A stretch of 63,414 bases of DNA, counting the filler, from Octopus bimaculoides (Eukaryota), in assembly GCF_001194135.2 (NCBI RefSeq). It is 4 parts of 3 records of this genome, joined end to end, with 100 filler letters (N's around TTAATTAATTAA, not from the genome) between each part and the next. Parts side by side here need not be neighbours in the genome. Positions count along the whole stretch, not along the records: positions 28,025 to 55,578 come from NC_068986.1; 3 more parts are not named here. One strand, 5' to 3'. Made by a program: the position numbers and the translations under genes. Below the pieces are notes generated by a model, which saw only the letters and a program-made list of their open reading frames with translations, searched no databases and was not told the DNA's origin. Below, one piece after another: positions 40,252 through 52,899 of the stretch (the first letter of the stretch is position 1; each line of letters begins with the position of its first letter).

Positions 40252-40650
40252 ATAACAGAGGAATTCAAGACAGGTTGCCCCTGGCAGCTCCTCTATGCTG
40301 ATGACCTGGCCCTCATAGCAGAATCACTACCGGAACTAGAAAATAAATTTTGGGTGTGGAAGCAAGGTTTGGAATCAAAAGGCTTTAGAGTCAATGTAGC
40401 AAAGACCAAAGTTCTAGTAAGTAGGAAGGCGAACCCATCACACACACCCTCAGGTAGGTGGCCCTGCTCGATGTGTAGAAAAGGTGTAGGTAAAAACTCC
40501 ATAAGATGTACCCAGTGTAAGCTATGGATACATAAGAGGTGCAGCAACATCAATGGAAGATTAACCAAGAAGATAGCTTTAATGTGCGGCAGATGCATAG
40601 GGGCAATAAACACTACAGATGCTCAGAAAACAGATTCCATCACACTCCCA
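40252..40650 (+). mobile_element. RTE LINE RT fragment (YADD and Cys-rich PHD-like insert)
   Basis: ITEEFKTGCPWQLLYADDLALIAES...GRWPCSMCRKGVGKNSIRCTQCKLWIHKRCS. Confidence 0.9.
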
Positions 40651-40679
40651 CTGCTTGAAAGGAACTCAGCCACTTTGCC

Positions 40680-41760
40680 TCCGTCAGGCCCAATGTTCAA
40701 AAGTGATTTTTTTATGTGCCACCAGCATGGGTGCACTTGACTTGATGGGTCCTCTTAAGCAGAGCACATCACCAAAGGTCTTGGTCAGTAGTCATTGCCT
40801 CTGTGAGGTTCAAAGTTCTAAGATCATGCTTCACCACCTCATCCCATCTCTTCCTGCGTCTACCTCTACCACAGGTTGCCTCCACAATTAGAGAGTGACA
40901 CTTCTTTACACAGTTGTCCTCGTCTATACACATCACATGACCATACCAGTACATTCTCTCTTGCACACCACATCTGATTCCTCTTATGCCTAACTTTTCT
41001 CTCGATGCTTACACTCTGTCGAACATGCACACTGATATTGCACATCCAGCAAAGCATACTGGCTTCGTTTTTCTCAAGCCTATGCATGTCCTTGGCTGTC
41101 ATAGCCCATGTTTCACTGCCATGCAGCATAGCTGTTCGCACACAGGCATCAAACAATCTGCTTTTCAGTCTGAGAGAGAGGCTCGTTGTTGCCAGCAGAG
41201 GTAGGAGCTCTCTGAACTTTGCCTAGCCTAATCTTATTCTCAGAGCTATGCTCTAGAATAACCCCCTCTACCACTAACCTGGTTGCTTAGATACCAGAAG
41301 TTATCTATTACCTCTAGCTTGCCCTCCTGGCAGTTGATGGAGTCTATTTTCTTCAGCATTTATTATTCCTATGCACCATACAAAAGTTAGTTTCTCTGTT
41401 AACCTTCCTTTGTTGTTGCTGCACCTTTTGTGTGTCCAAAGCTTACACTGGGTGCATCTTATGGAGTTTCTACCTACACCTTTTCTACAGATTGAGCAGG
41501 GCCATCTACCTGAGAGGATTTGTGATTTGTCTACCTTCCTACTTACTAAGACTTCGTTTTTTGCCAGGTTAACTGTAAGGCCCTTTGATTCCAGACCTTG
41601 TTTCCATACCTGGAACTTCTTCTTTAGCTCAGGTAGGGATTCAGCTATAAGAGCAAGGTCATCAACATAGAGGAGCTCCCAGAGGCAGCCTGTCTTGAAT
41701 TCTTCTGTTTTACCTAGAGGACTATGATGAACAAGAGGGGGCTGAACTCCATCCCCATAG
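40680..41760 (-). mobile_element. RTE LINE fragment (YVDD to C-terminus), inverted relative to 40252-40650
   Basis: Minus strand CLWELLYVDDLALIAES, WPCSICRKGVGRNSIRCTQCKLW, RTAMLHGSETWAMTAKDMHRLEKNEASML and WYGHVMCIDEDNCVKKC. Confidence 0.9.
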
Positions 41761-42130
41761 AATTATCATGCAAGTGGCTGAGTATATTACTAACAATTAC
41801 AACCTTAACATCATCATCATCATCATCATCATCATCGTTGTTTAACGTCCGCTTTCCATGCTAGCATGGGTTGGACGATTTGACTGAGGACTGATGAAAC
41901 CAGATGGCTACACCAGGCTCCAATCTGATTTGGCAGAGTTTCTACAGCTGGATGCCCTTCCTAACGCCAACCACTCCGAGAGTGTAGTAGGTGCTTTTAT
42001 GTGCCACCGGCACGAAGGCCAGTCAGGCGATACTGGCAACGGCCATGCTCAAGATGGTGTATTTTACGTGCCACCTAATCCTATTAAATGCATACGTATA
42101 ATAATATGGGCATAGAACTATTTATATAAA

Positions 42131-43632
42131 ACTAGCAGCTAAGTCCGGTTTCACCTAGTCTGTTTGGATAATGTGGTTGTGATCTTTTTCAGTTAGGCAT
42201 AATCTATAACAGCATTTCTCAACCTTATCATTTCGGGTCCCCTTTTTCAATTGGAGCCTCCAGCTGTATGAAAATTTCCTGACTCCCCCCGCCTCTTGTC
42301 AGGAAACAGCTTCAGGAGTTGTGAAGAACAAATTTGTATGTAGTCTGTTTCTCTGAGCTATTCTATTAGACCTCTGTCTAATCATTAAAACCTTGATTTA
42401 ATTATGAACATAGAAAGAAATTATGCATTAATCCCTATTTTTGTAAGCAGTTGTATCCGTAAAAATGTTATTTGCAAAGAACAGAAATTGAAAGAAGATA
42501 TATGAAATGGACATGTGTGTGCGTGTGTATGCATGCTTGCACGTGTGCATGCGTGCTTGTGCATGTGCATGCGTGCTTGCGCATGTGCATGCGTGCTTGC
42601 GCATGTGCATTCGTGCTTGCGCATGTGTATATGAGAGAGAAAGTGGGTGAGAAAGAGAGATAGTGTGAGTGAGTGAAGGTGTGTGTCGTGATGATTGATG
42701 TATTTGTACGTAGTCTGTTTCTGAGAGCTATTCTATTGGACCTCTCTGTAATCATTAAAACATTGATTTAATTATGAACATAGAAAGAAATTATACATTA
42801 ATCCCTATTTTTGTAAGCAGTTGTATCCGTAAAAAATTTTATTTGCAGAGAGCAGAAATTAAAAGAAGATATATGAAATGGACGTGTGTGTGCATGTGCA
42901 CGTGTGTGTGCATGCGTGCTTGTGCATGTGTATATGAGAGAGAAAGAGGGTGAGAAACAGAGATAGAGTGAGTGAGTGAAGGTGTGTATCATAATGACTT
43001 ACGTCTTTTAAGGTACACACACACATACATAGTAAATGTGAGGTCATCGTATAAAATTTTTACGACAGTTGATTTATGGAAAATCATCATCATCATCATC
43101 ATCGCTTGATTATGTTAAATTTTTGAAATGCAAATATGGAAGTGAAAATTAAGTTCAGACCTCTACATGGTAGCTAGACCTGGTAGAAATAGCAGCCAAA
43201 CCTCCCTCAAAACACTCTACTGTCTTAATCTGATGATTCTGCTTATTATGTAGTTTGAATGAGAAACTGTAACTAAAGATTAAGATTATTAACCCCACAA
43301 AAAAGAGATGAAAGAAGAGAGACAACATAGCGAAAGTTTTGGCTGATTGTCATCCTGTACTCCCCTTGTTGCTAGCGAAATGGTATATGCCGGCTGTGTG
43401 AGCAACTGGTTGTTTTAATGGCGGAACAAACAGGGGAATTCCATTAGAAAAAGTTTTAATCGATTTTCACGGTAACTATGGGGGCTAGGGAAAAATACAA
43501 ACCGCATTCCAATCTATGCACCCATCTTCACATGTGTGCCATTTTTCACGTGAATCCACCCAGCCATTTGGCTGTGAACCTCAAGACAAGAAAGAATACA
43601 ACAATCGCCCATGTCCAATTTGTATTATAGAT
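42131..43632 (+). mobile_element. Helitron/HINE (DINE-1-like) non-autonomous element with an internal 370-bp tandem duplication
   Basis: The 5' end is ACTAGCAGCTAAGTCCGGTTTCACC and the 3' end is ...GCCCATGTCCAATTTGTATTATAGAT, both typical of HINE/DINE-1 termini. Internal units start at 42332 and 42702. The boundaries are inferred. Confidence 0.5.
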
Positions 43633-43707
43633 TAGTTTTGTGGTTTTGGTATATAATCATTTCTTCCAATTTTGTAATCTTTTATTTCCTTTTTTTTTAT
43701 ATTATAG

Positions 43708-43899
43708 TTATACATTGCTGAGTATGCTTTTCAATCTGGAGGCCTCAACCAAGTATCTTTGTTTGAGGGCCAAGTTGTGACAGTCCTTGCTAAACAAGAT
43801 ATGGAAGGAAATGAAGAATGGTGGCAAGTAGATGCTGATGGAAATATTGGTTATGTCCCTGCTGCCTATATTAGAAAAATTGATGCCACACCTACATGA
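43708..43899 (+). CDS. DNMBP: DNMBP-family terminal coding exon: C-terminal SH3 and stop
   Basis: Polypyrimidine tract plus atag|, then LYIAEYAFQSGGLNQVSLFEGQVVTVLAKQDMEGNEEWWQVDADGNIGYVPAAYIRKIDATPT*. The DxxGNxEWW...GYVPxxYIRK motif matches the Tuba C-terminal SH3. Phase 0 fits the previous exon. Confidence 0.9.
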   Translation, partial: LYIAEYAFQSGGLNQVSLFEGQVVTVLAKQDMEGNEEWWQVDADGNIGYVPAAYIRKIDATPT

Positions 43900-46709
43900 A
43901 CTTTCATTTAAATGAAAATTTGTCTTGGTAACTCATGTGCATTTCTAATGATCAATTTAGAGAATTTCTCAGTTTCCATTGGCTCCATTTTTTCTTACCA
44001 TCACCAAAACATTTCCAGGGAAACTGCTGTTCACATGGATTCCTCCATCAGAAACAACCTAACAAACTTTGCTGCTTCCTTCTAATTATTTTTTTCATTC
44101 ACAGACATTTAGATTAAGTTTTATAAACCTTGCTGTAAAAGAGTTTGTTTTTCTTTCTCTCTCTCTCTCTCTCTCGTAACAAAGAATAATTATTGAAAGC
44201 AGTTTATCTTACATTGTTGTCATATTATTAATATTTTAATGGATAATTGAATAAAATTGAAGATATTTTGTTAGTATTTTTCTCCTTCCAATTTAGGTTT
44301 CAATTTAAAAGAAGTTCATTTTCTGAAAAAACTGAGTGCTATATAATCAATTCTTCAATTTCTGAATTCATGTGAAAAACAAAAAAAACTCCAGCCAAGT
44401 GGACACATCTATCAAGCCATTTCATCATCTTTGCAACAAGTTTTCAAAATCTTTTATATTAAAAGTTTTTTGGGTTTTTTTTTTTTTTTCAAAACTTTTT
44501 TCCAGCTGCATGAACAAAATCTTTGTTAGCTTTTAAAACAAAGAGAATATTTTTACATTTGACTCTCAACTTGGATTTTATTTTATCTTAAAATAAAACA
44601 AATAGTGTCAATGAAGCATTCTTGCTTCCAATTCTTGGAAATAATTTTTTTTTTAATGATTTAAAACTTTCTTGTATATGTATATATATGTATATATATA
44701 TATATATATATATACTTGATATCTTCTAGACCTTTGTTTATTGTTTAACTGTCTTTTTTCATTCTACAATGAGGTGTATTGATGTTTCAACCTTAAAATA
44801 AAATATTCGTCATTATTTACATTATCTAGGGTGATGGATGGGCAGAATCATTAGACCATTGGACTTAATGTCTTTCAGTATTTAGTTTTGTCTCCTTACA
44901 ATAGGTGTTCAAATTCTATTGGGGGTCAATATTACCTTTCATCTTTATAGGGTTTGAAAAAATGAGTACTAGTCATGTAGAGTCAATTAACTATTACTCT
45001 CTCCTCTCCTAATTTATGACCATTTATCAATTTAAGACATCATCATTTACATTATCTAATATTATCTAATATTTTCATGACAAGTTCACAGGATGATGTC
45101 ATGGTATGTGTTAAACTAAAGTTTAATTCTTACTTTGAAACAAAATTAGCTGATCAAATGAGCTAGTAAAAGAATGACAGTTATTTCTGCAAAGGTTACA
45201 TTTATAAAATAAACACCATTTTACCCTCTTTTTTTTTTTTTATCAATCCTTTTATATTTAGAAATATGTTATTGATATATTTTCACTTACTATGATAATT
45301 TTATCATACATTCTATGGAGAGAAAGCAATTATTCCTTCCATAAAAGTTAACAAACTAGCAAGCTTCATTTAACTTCCATAACTTTATTCATGACATATC
45401 AAATTATATCTTCCTCTTAAAATTTTTGGTATTTCTGAAAATCCAGTTCATTTTATTACTGCATTATTATGCTATAACAACTCATCTAGATGACTGCTGA
45501 GGCAACAGAATTACACTGAAACCAAAAAGTGAAAGATTTTTATGAAAGACCTCATAACATCTCAGTGAACTACATCTGTTAAATTTCTGAGATATATTTT
45601 TATGCACATTTTTACAAACATCTTCTACTTGCCAGGCCAAAGTTGCTCTGTCCCTCCCGCAGTCATCTCACTACATGAGGCATTATCACAAACTTCCTAT
45701 TTAGTTTATACCAGACAAAATGTGATCATTTATTACAGCAATTACATTAGCTTCCTACAATCAAAGAAACATTTAATTCCATTTCCAAGCTTCCATTTCT
45801 GTGATTGGTTTACACATTCTTAATAAAAAAATTTAATGTTTGACAAAATTTGTTAAATTAAGAGATTATTTTTGATTTCCTATTTCTGTCAACATATAAT
45901 GATAATGATTCAAATTTTCTTATTTCAAATTTATAAAATAAACATGTTGTGCACCATTTGCTATTTTTGTAAAATCCTGCACCTTTTCTTATGACTTTTC
46001 CTGTGAAAATGTTCCTCTATTTGTTATTCATTTGCAAAAATCTCATGACATTTAACATGATTCTCTTTAGCATTTCTTTCTATTTTTTTTAATTGATTTC
46101 CACAGAATTTTTTCCCAAACCTCATTTTAATGATGACACAATTAAGTCATATAAGTCTTAGTCTCTGGCACCCTATCCCAAAATTATTAATATATTTTAC
46201 CACTTTTATTTTTGTTCTTACCAGTGTTCCAAATGATAAGTGAGTGTTGTATATCTTACAAGCTTATGGATTGGAGATACTGTCATGGCATCCCAGTTGT
46301 TTAGCTTAGTTAAAAGAAGAAAGGACTGGGAATAGTTAATTCATCTAGGCCATTCTTATTTGGTGAAAAGTTACATTTTGTTGAATAAAAGCCAGTCTAA
46401 ATTTGTTTTCTTCATCTCTTTGTAGAAATATCTGCTAGCAAGATATTGAATTGACAAACAATGGTTCAGTATATCAATACTTATCTTGTATATTTTCCTT
46501 CAATCCATTTTGTGTACATGAATGTTATGGTATTAGTTTCCATAATATATATAGGCATGGCTATGTGGTAAGAAGCTTGCTTTGCAACCACATGATTCTG
46601 GGCTCAGTCTCACCGCATGGCACCTTGGGCAAGTGTTTTCTACTATAGCCTCAGGCTAACCAAAGCCTTGTGAGTGGATTTGGTAAACAGAAATTGAAAG
46701 AAGCCTATC

Positions 46710-46747
<38 letters not shown>

Positions 46748-47559
46748 TTGTTTGTGTCTTTGTATCCATGTTTGTCACCTTGACAAGTGGTGTTGGTGTG
46801 TTTATGTCCCCGTAACTTAGCGGTTTGGCAAAAAAGACCGATAGAATAAGTACCAGGCTTTAAAAAATATAAGTACTGGGGTCGAGTCATTCGACTAAAA
46901 ATTCTTCAAGGCAATGCCCCAGCATGGCCACAGTCTAATGACTGAAACAAGTAAAGTAAAGGTAAAGGATATATACATATATATATATATAAACATAGAC
47001 GATCGTGCCAACATGTACAGACTGTGCCTACTACCTAGTCTTCTGTAATTATCATTAACTCATCATCATCAGTTTGGTAACTTTGTTAGGGTACAGATAA
47101 TCCATTCTACCTTTTCTATGGAGAAGACTTGTACCAAACATTCTTATTTCCAACTTATGGAAAAAAAATTTTGGTAGCAGTTGGGGTGTATTGTTCTGAG
47201 AATGTATACACTCTCTAGAATCACTCTCATTTTGGAGTTTACATATGAAGGGTTTGCTTAGAAGTTCTTCAACTTTATTATTAAAATTACAAAGAAAATG
47301 ATCAAGACAATGTAAGCTAGACCAAATATTTTAGTGTGTCTTCTTCAGTTTAAATATCACTAGGATTTGCTTTATTCTTAATTCTCTGTGGTGGAGAAAG
47401 TTATAAAATATGTATCACCAGTAAGGCATTGATATTGATTTAATTTCATTTAGAAAAGAGATTTGCACCTTGTAAAATAAAAAAAAAAAAACTTTCACCA
47501 CCATAATAATCATGCTCTTTTTCATCATCATCATGATCATCATGATCATCATTATTATT

Positions 47560-48650
47560 AAGGTGGTGAGCTGGCAGAATTGTTGGCACGCTGGACAAAG
47601 AGCTAAGTAGCATTCCAGCTGTCTTTACATTCAGAGTTCAAACTTTGCCTTTCATCCTTTCAGGGTTAGTTAAATAAGAACCCATTAAACACTGGGTTTG
47701 ATGTAATCGACTAGCACCCTCCCACAAAATTTCAAACCTTGCATCTATAAAGGATGATTATTATTATTAAGATGTCATACTGGCTGACTTATTAATGCAT
47801 TGCGGAAAATGCTTAACAGTATTTCTTCTGATTCTTTATATTCTGAGTTAAAGTACTTTTGAGGTCAATTTTGCTTTCCATCCTTTCTGGGTTGATAAAA
47901 TAAAATGCCAGTCAAGTATTAGGGTCAATGTAATTGAATTACCCCCTCCTCTCAAAACTGCTGACCTTGTGCCAAAATTAGAGAAAGAATAGTTATTATT
48001 ATTATTATTATTAAGCCGGTGAGTTGGCAGAATCATAAGCACGCTGGGCAAAATGCTTAGTGGCATTTCATCTGTCTTACATTCTGAGTTCAAATTCCGC
48101 CAAGGTTGATTTTGCCTTTCATCCTTTCAGGGTTGATAAAATAAGTACCAGTTGAGTACTGGGATTGATGTAATCAACTTCCCCCTTCCCTAAAAAATTC
48201 ATACCTTGTGCCTATTGTAGAAAAGATTATTATTATTGTCATCATTATATGAGAGTGGCAGATTATCAGAATCATTACAGCACCAAACAAAACCCCTTGT
48301 ATTTGTTCCAGCTCCAAATTCAATTCTTGCCTAGGTCAGCTTTGTCTTTCACCCTTTTGGGGGTTAACAAAATAAAGTATCTGTCAAGTATTGGCATTGA
48401 TTTAATTGACTATTCTTCACTTTCAAAATTTCATCTCATATACCTATATTAGAAACGTTTTCATCACTCTTATTATTATTATTTGTCCATCTTTACATTC
48501 TGAGTTCAAATTCTGCTGGGATTGACTTTCCCTTTCATTCTTTCAGGGTTGATAAAATAAGTACCAGTTATGCACTGGGGTCGATGTATTTGACTTATCC
48601 CCTCTCCTAAAATTTTGGGCCTTGTACCTATAGTAGAATGGATTATTTTT
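47560..48650 (+). mobile_element. Array of five head-to-tail family-B SINEs
   Basis: Copies start at about 47560, 47770, 48012, 48250 and 48485 (the last is 5'-truncated). They are separated by (ATT)n tracts and differ in divergence. Confidence 0.75.
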
Positions 48651-49233
48651 ATTATTTTACTATGTTACCCTTCTTTACCAGTACACAGAATCATATGCCA
48701 CTTTAAATTATTAATCATATTTCTCAAATGAGATTTCTCTTTTTCTAAATACTATTATACTCTACTATTCAATACAAAATTAATTTTATATTTTTTAATC
48801 TATGGGTTTATATTTTTATCACTGTTTGAAATATGTTATCTTCATATTATGAAGCTATAAATTAGGCAAAACGGCATATGTTCTTTGAGATTTACTTCAT
48901 GTTTGGGAATCTTTAAGTGTTTTAATTATTAACTTCATTTAATCATTCTCTTTACAATATTTTAGTTTGGTCTTTTCTTTGATCTTCTTCAGGTAGCACC
49001 CATGCGTGCACGCATGTGTAAGTGTGTATAGTGTTTATTGTCTTGCAATGTGGCCTGATGTTAGGACTTTCAATTTCTTTGAGGAGGTGTGAGTCATAAC
49101 ATTTGTTTCATGTTGTTAGAAGACAAAATGCATTAAGTATTCTTGCTCTGTTGTAATATAGATTTCTTTATTCTTATGGATTAATATGATCATCTGATCA
49201 AAGTTTACTCTATCTATCCATCCATCCAGTCTT

Positions 49234-49266
<33 letters not shown>

Positions 49267-49704
49267 AACAGTATAGAGAGTAAGTGTTTAAAGCCTCAGT
49301 CGGAAATGAAAACAAGTCCCAAGTACTGCATACATTGAGATCAAACATTGTAGAACTCAAAATGTTTAAAGACTACAGACAAAATATATAAGCAGTACAG
49401 ATATAGACTTAATAATAAAGGCGCTAAGTTCATTCAAATCCAAAGAATAAAGAATATGTGTAGATATAGGAAATATTTTAAAGATAATTGACTAAAATGT
49501 AAAAAAAAATCAGAAACATAATAAATGTGAAGCTAAATTTCCTTTTTAAATCCATTGCAACCGCAATCATTTAGATTGTTTTGTGTTTGATGTAATCAGG
49601 ACCTAAAACTACTCAAGTTTTTATGAAAATCTTTATAACTTACAGGTTGTGAAAAGAACCTTTCAAAGCAAACCCTTTCTATGTATGACTGTCTGTCCCC
49701 CACC

Positions 49705-49766
<62 letters not shown>

Positions 49767-51271
49767 NNNNNNNNNNCTCACTCTCTCAACAAGTACACAT
49801 GCATACACACACATATGGCTGACAAACAAAAACATTCAAAGTTGTTGAAAATCCAATTCCAAGGTTGTGACTTTTAAATGAAAGCAGTTAATTTTTGCTT
49901 TGTTTTTTTTTTTTTTAATCTTTTAAGGAATATTTTCAATATTGATAAACTTTCAAAGTGTTTGTATGTGTTATTAGGTTTTTTTAATTTCCACACTATG
50001 TAAATTGTGGAGAAAGCCAAGTTGCATAATGATTTTAGTAATACCAAGCAATGTATTCTGTTTAGTTAACAGCAGATAAAGGGAGATCATTCTATTTATC
50101 AGATACCTGAAAACAAAAATGTGATAACTAGAATCTCTGATTGTTGTTGTTGTTTGAAACTGAAATATACTGCCAGTAATTATATACATAATTCTTTGAA
50201 TTATAACCCAGAGTAACAGAAGTAGAACCAACACAACAATAGCTGATATTTCTTTATGATGCTAAGTCCCCACCCTTGGCAAACAATTTATTTGGGGGTC
50301 TCTTCTTTAAAAATATTTTTAAAGAGCTATCTCAAGTTTGAAGCAGTTATAGTAAAAATACAAATATTTGTAACAGAACAAAAACTCATTTATTTAGTTT
50401 TGGCTTCTAATTCCTGGCTATTATTCCTCAAATTTATTTCCTAGCTAAATTTGCTTATTTAAATCCACCTTTTGGCTATATTTGTCAATATTTTCTATCT
50501 CAGCAAATGCTGGTTCAAGAACAGAGTTTTCTGTAAACAACTCTTATTATGCCAATCTTCTAATAACCAATCAAAATCAAAGGTCTATGTGTACACACAC
50601 ACGCACGCACTCACACACATATGCACTCACACACATAATTTGACTGCCATAAAACCGAATACTGCAAATATGTATTTCTGCCAACATTTTCATGTTTATA
50701 TTTCTTCAAGAGTTTTTATGATATTTTTAGTTAATAACCATGTCAACTCATATTTAAATTTACAGCTTTTTTAATATTAACTCTGGGGGTGTGGTATNNN
50801 NNNNNNNNNGGGGGGGGGGGAGTTGAGAAGTGAGTTGGTAGAAATGGTAGTGCTGGACAGCATTTAAATTTCATTTGGTTTACTCTCCAAGTTCAACTAC
50901 TGCTGTAGTTTGATCTTTTTTATTTTCCTTTAAAAAAAAGTCTTTGGATTTAATAGAATAAGTACAGTGATATTGCTTGATCCAGTTGATTAGATCTTTC
51001 TACAGAAATTGGCCTTGCACCTAGCGAAAAGAAATCAGTAGTGTTTGTATTTATTGTTTATATATGGTGTAGCCTCTCCACAATTATTTTGGACGTCTAC
51101 CTGCCTATCCATCTATCTATGTGTTTAATGCAAGTCTTCCAATAAGAATTATTGGTCACCTTATGTAAAAGTTTTCTGAATATAGAAATAACTATGGAGC
51201 CAATTATTTTAGTTGAGCTCACCTGGTACCACTCAGATTTTGCTAGCCTTCTCTCTCCCTCCTTCTCTCTC

Positions 51272-51316
<45 letters not shown>

Positions 51317-52899
51317 CGTGCTGTTTTAAACTGAACCACTGAGAAAACTTCAGTCCTGTTTTTTTTTTTCTCTTATTTCTTTTTTTCAAAATTTATTGTA
51401 GAGCAAACTTGCTCTCTGTCCTTCACTACATTCAAAAATTTCTTCATTTCAAACATCTCCTATCTCGGGGTAAACTATGTGTACAATCATTTGATATCAT
51501 GAAAATTCAAGCAGACCTAACAAAACAAAAAAAGGTAACATTGTGTAACAGTCACCATGGTCTGATAAACTTCAAAGCACCTTCAAGAACATTCTTGTAG
51601 GAGCAATAACAAAACCAAAAACAAAAGCAAAAAAACTTTGATGAATAAAAAATCAATTGAATTTTAATTGCATATGTTGTTTTATTTGTTGTGAAATTAT
51701 TAATGGTTTAATGTGGTGGATTGGCAGAATTATTTGAATGTTGGCAAATATACCTTGTGATATTTAGTTACAACCCTTTATGGGCTGAGTTCAAACCCCC
51801 ACCTTTCATCCTTCTAGAGTCTGTAAAATAAAGGCAATTTGATCAACTAATCTCGCCTGCCAAATTTGTGATCTTGTAACTATATTAGAAATGATCATTA
51901 ATGAAATGTCCTTGCTCCACTCCTTAGTCATTTAAGGCTGCATTATCCAATGTATTCTTGTTTTTCAGACAATAGTGTGCAATTTGAAGATTTGACTGTT
52001 GTTACTAGCTGGCTGAGCAGCTGTGTATATGTTCTTATATTCTGGGTGACTGAATTACTGATTACATCACAAAGCACCTATCACCAGGAGTAGTATAAAC
52101 TGTTGAGGTAATATGTGTATATTGTAATTCATTCAAAGATGAGCCTTTTCTTCATTGCTAGTTCTCCATTTCTGATGTGTTCTTCAAGACATCATGCTCA
52201 AAAAGGAAATTCAGAATAGTGAGAGAGTTAAGCTACTTCAGCTTTTAATGGAAGAATAAACTCTACTACATGTACCAAGAACTTTTCTCTCTTGTTTGTA
52301 CATTTTAACATGTGTATATGATATAAAGGTGTGTGGCCTCATGGTTAAAATGTTGGTTTCACAATCATAAGATTGTGGGTTCAGTTTCCAGATCAGGCAA
52401 TAATTTTTGTCCTTGACCAAGGTATTTCATTTCACATTGCTTCATCCCACTCATTTGAAAAATGAGCACCAATTTAGAGCTGATGCAGTCTTCTCTACCT
52501 CCAGCTATCACATCCTAGATGCTCTCAGTCAAAGGTATGATATCAGGAGGATGTTTGTGAACTGCTCACGACTACATGGGCACCTAAAACAGTTAGCAAA
52601 AGAAGGGTACATGGAAATTCATACTCACCTGCAGGTGACAGGTACCGGGCAGGTTGGTTAAGAAGTTTGCTTTATAATCATGAGGCCTGCAATTTGATAA
52701 TTCTATTCAGCATGTGTCTTATACCATAGCTACTAGCAAACCTAAGAAATGTGAGTGAAATTGGATAAACAGGAATTATGTGCAAACTCTTTGAATGCAC
52801 TGTACTTTTAACACAAAGCACCTGACTTGTCATGTAATGTCACATTGAGGTTATTGAATATCAAGCTAAAAGTAGCAGTGTAAAATACTTAGCCACATT

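Noticed and set aside
51400-51600. Open reading between an acceptor-like site and AAG|GTAACA; also a minus-strand acceptor near 50108
   Set aside because: The translations are not recognisable, so I cannot support a second gene from sequence alone.
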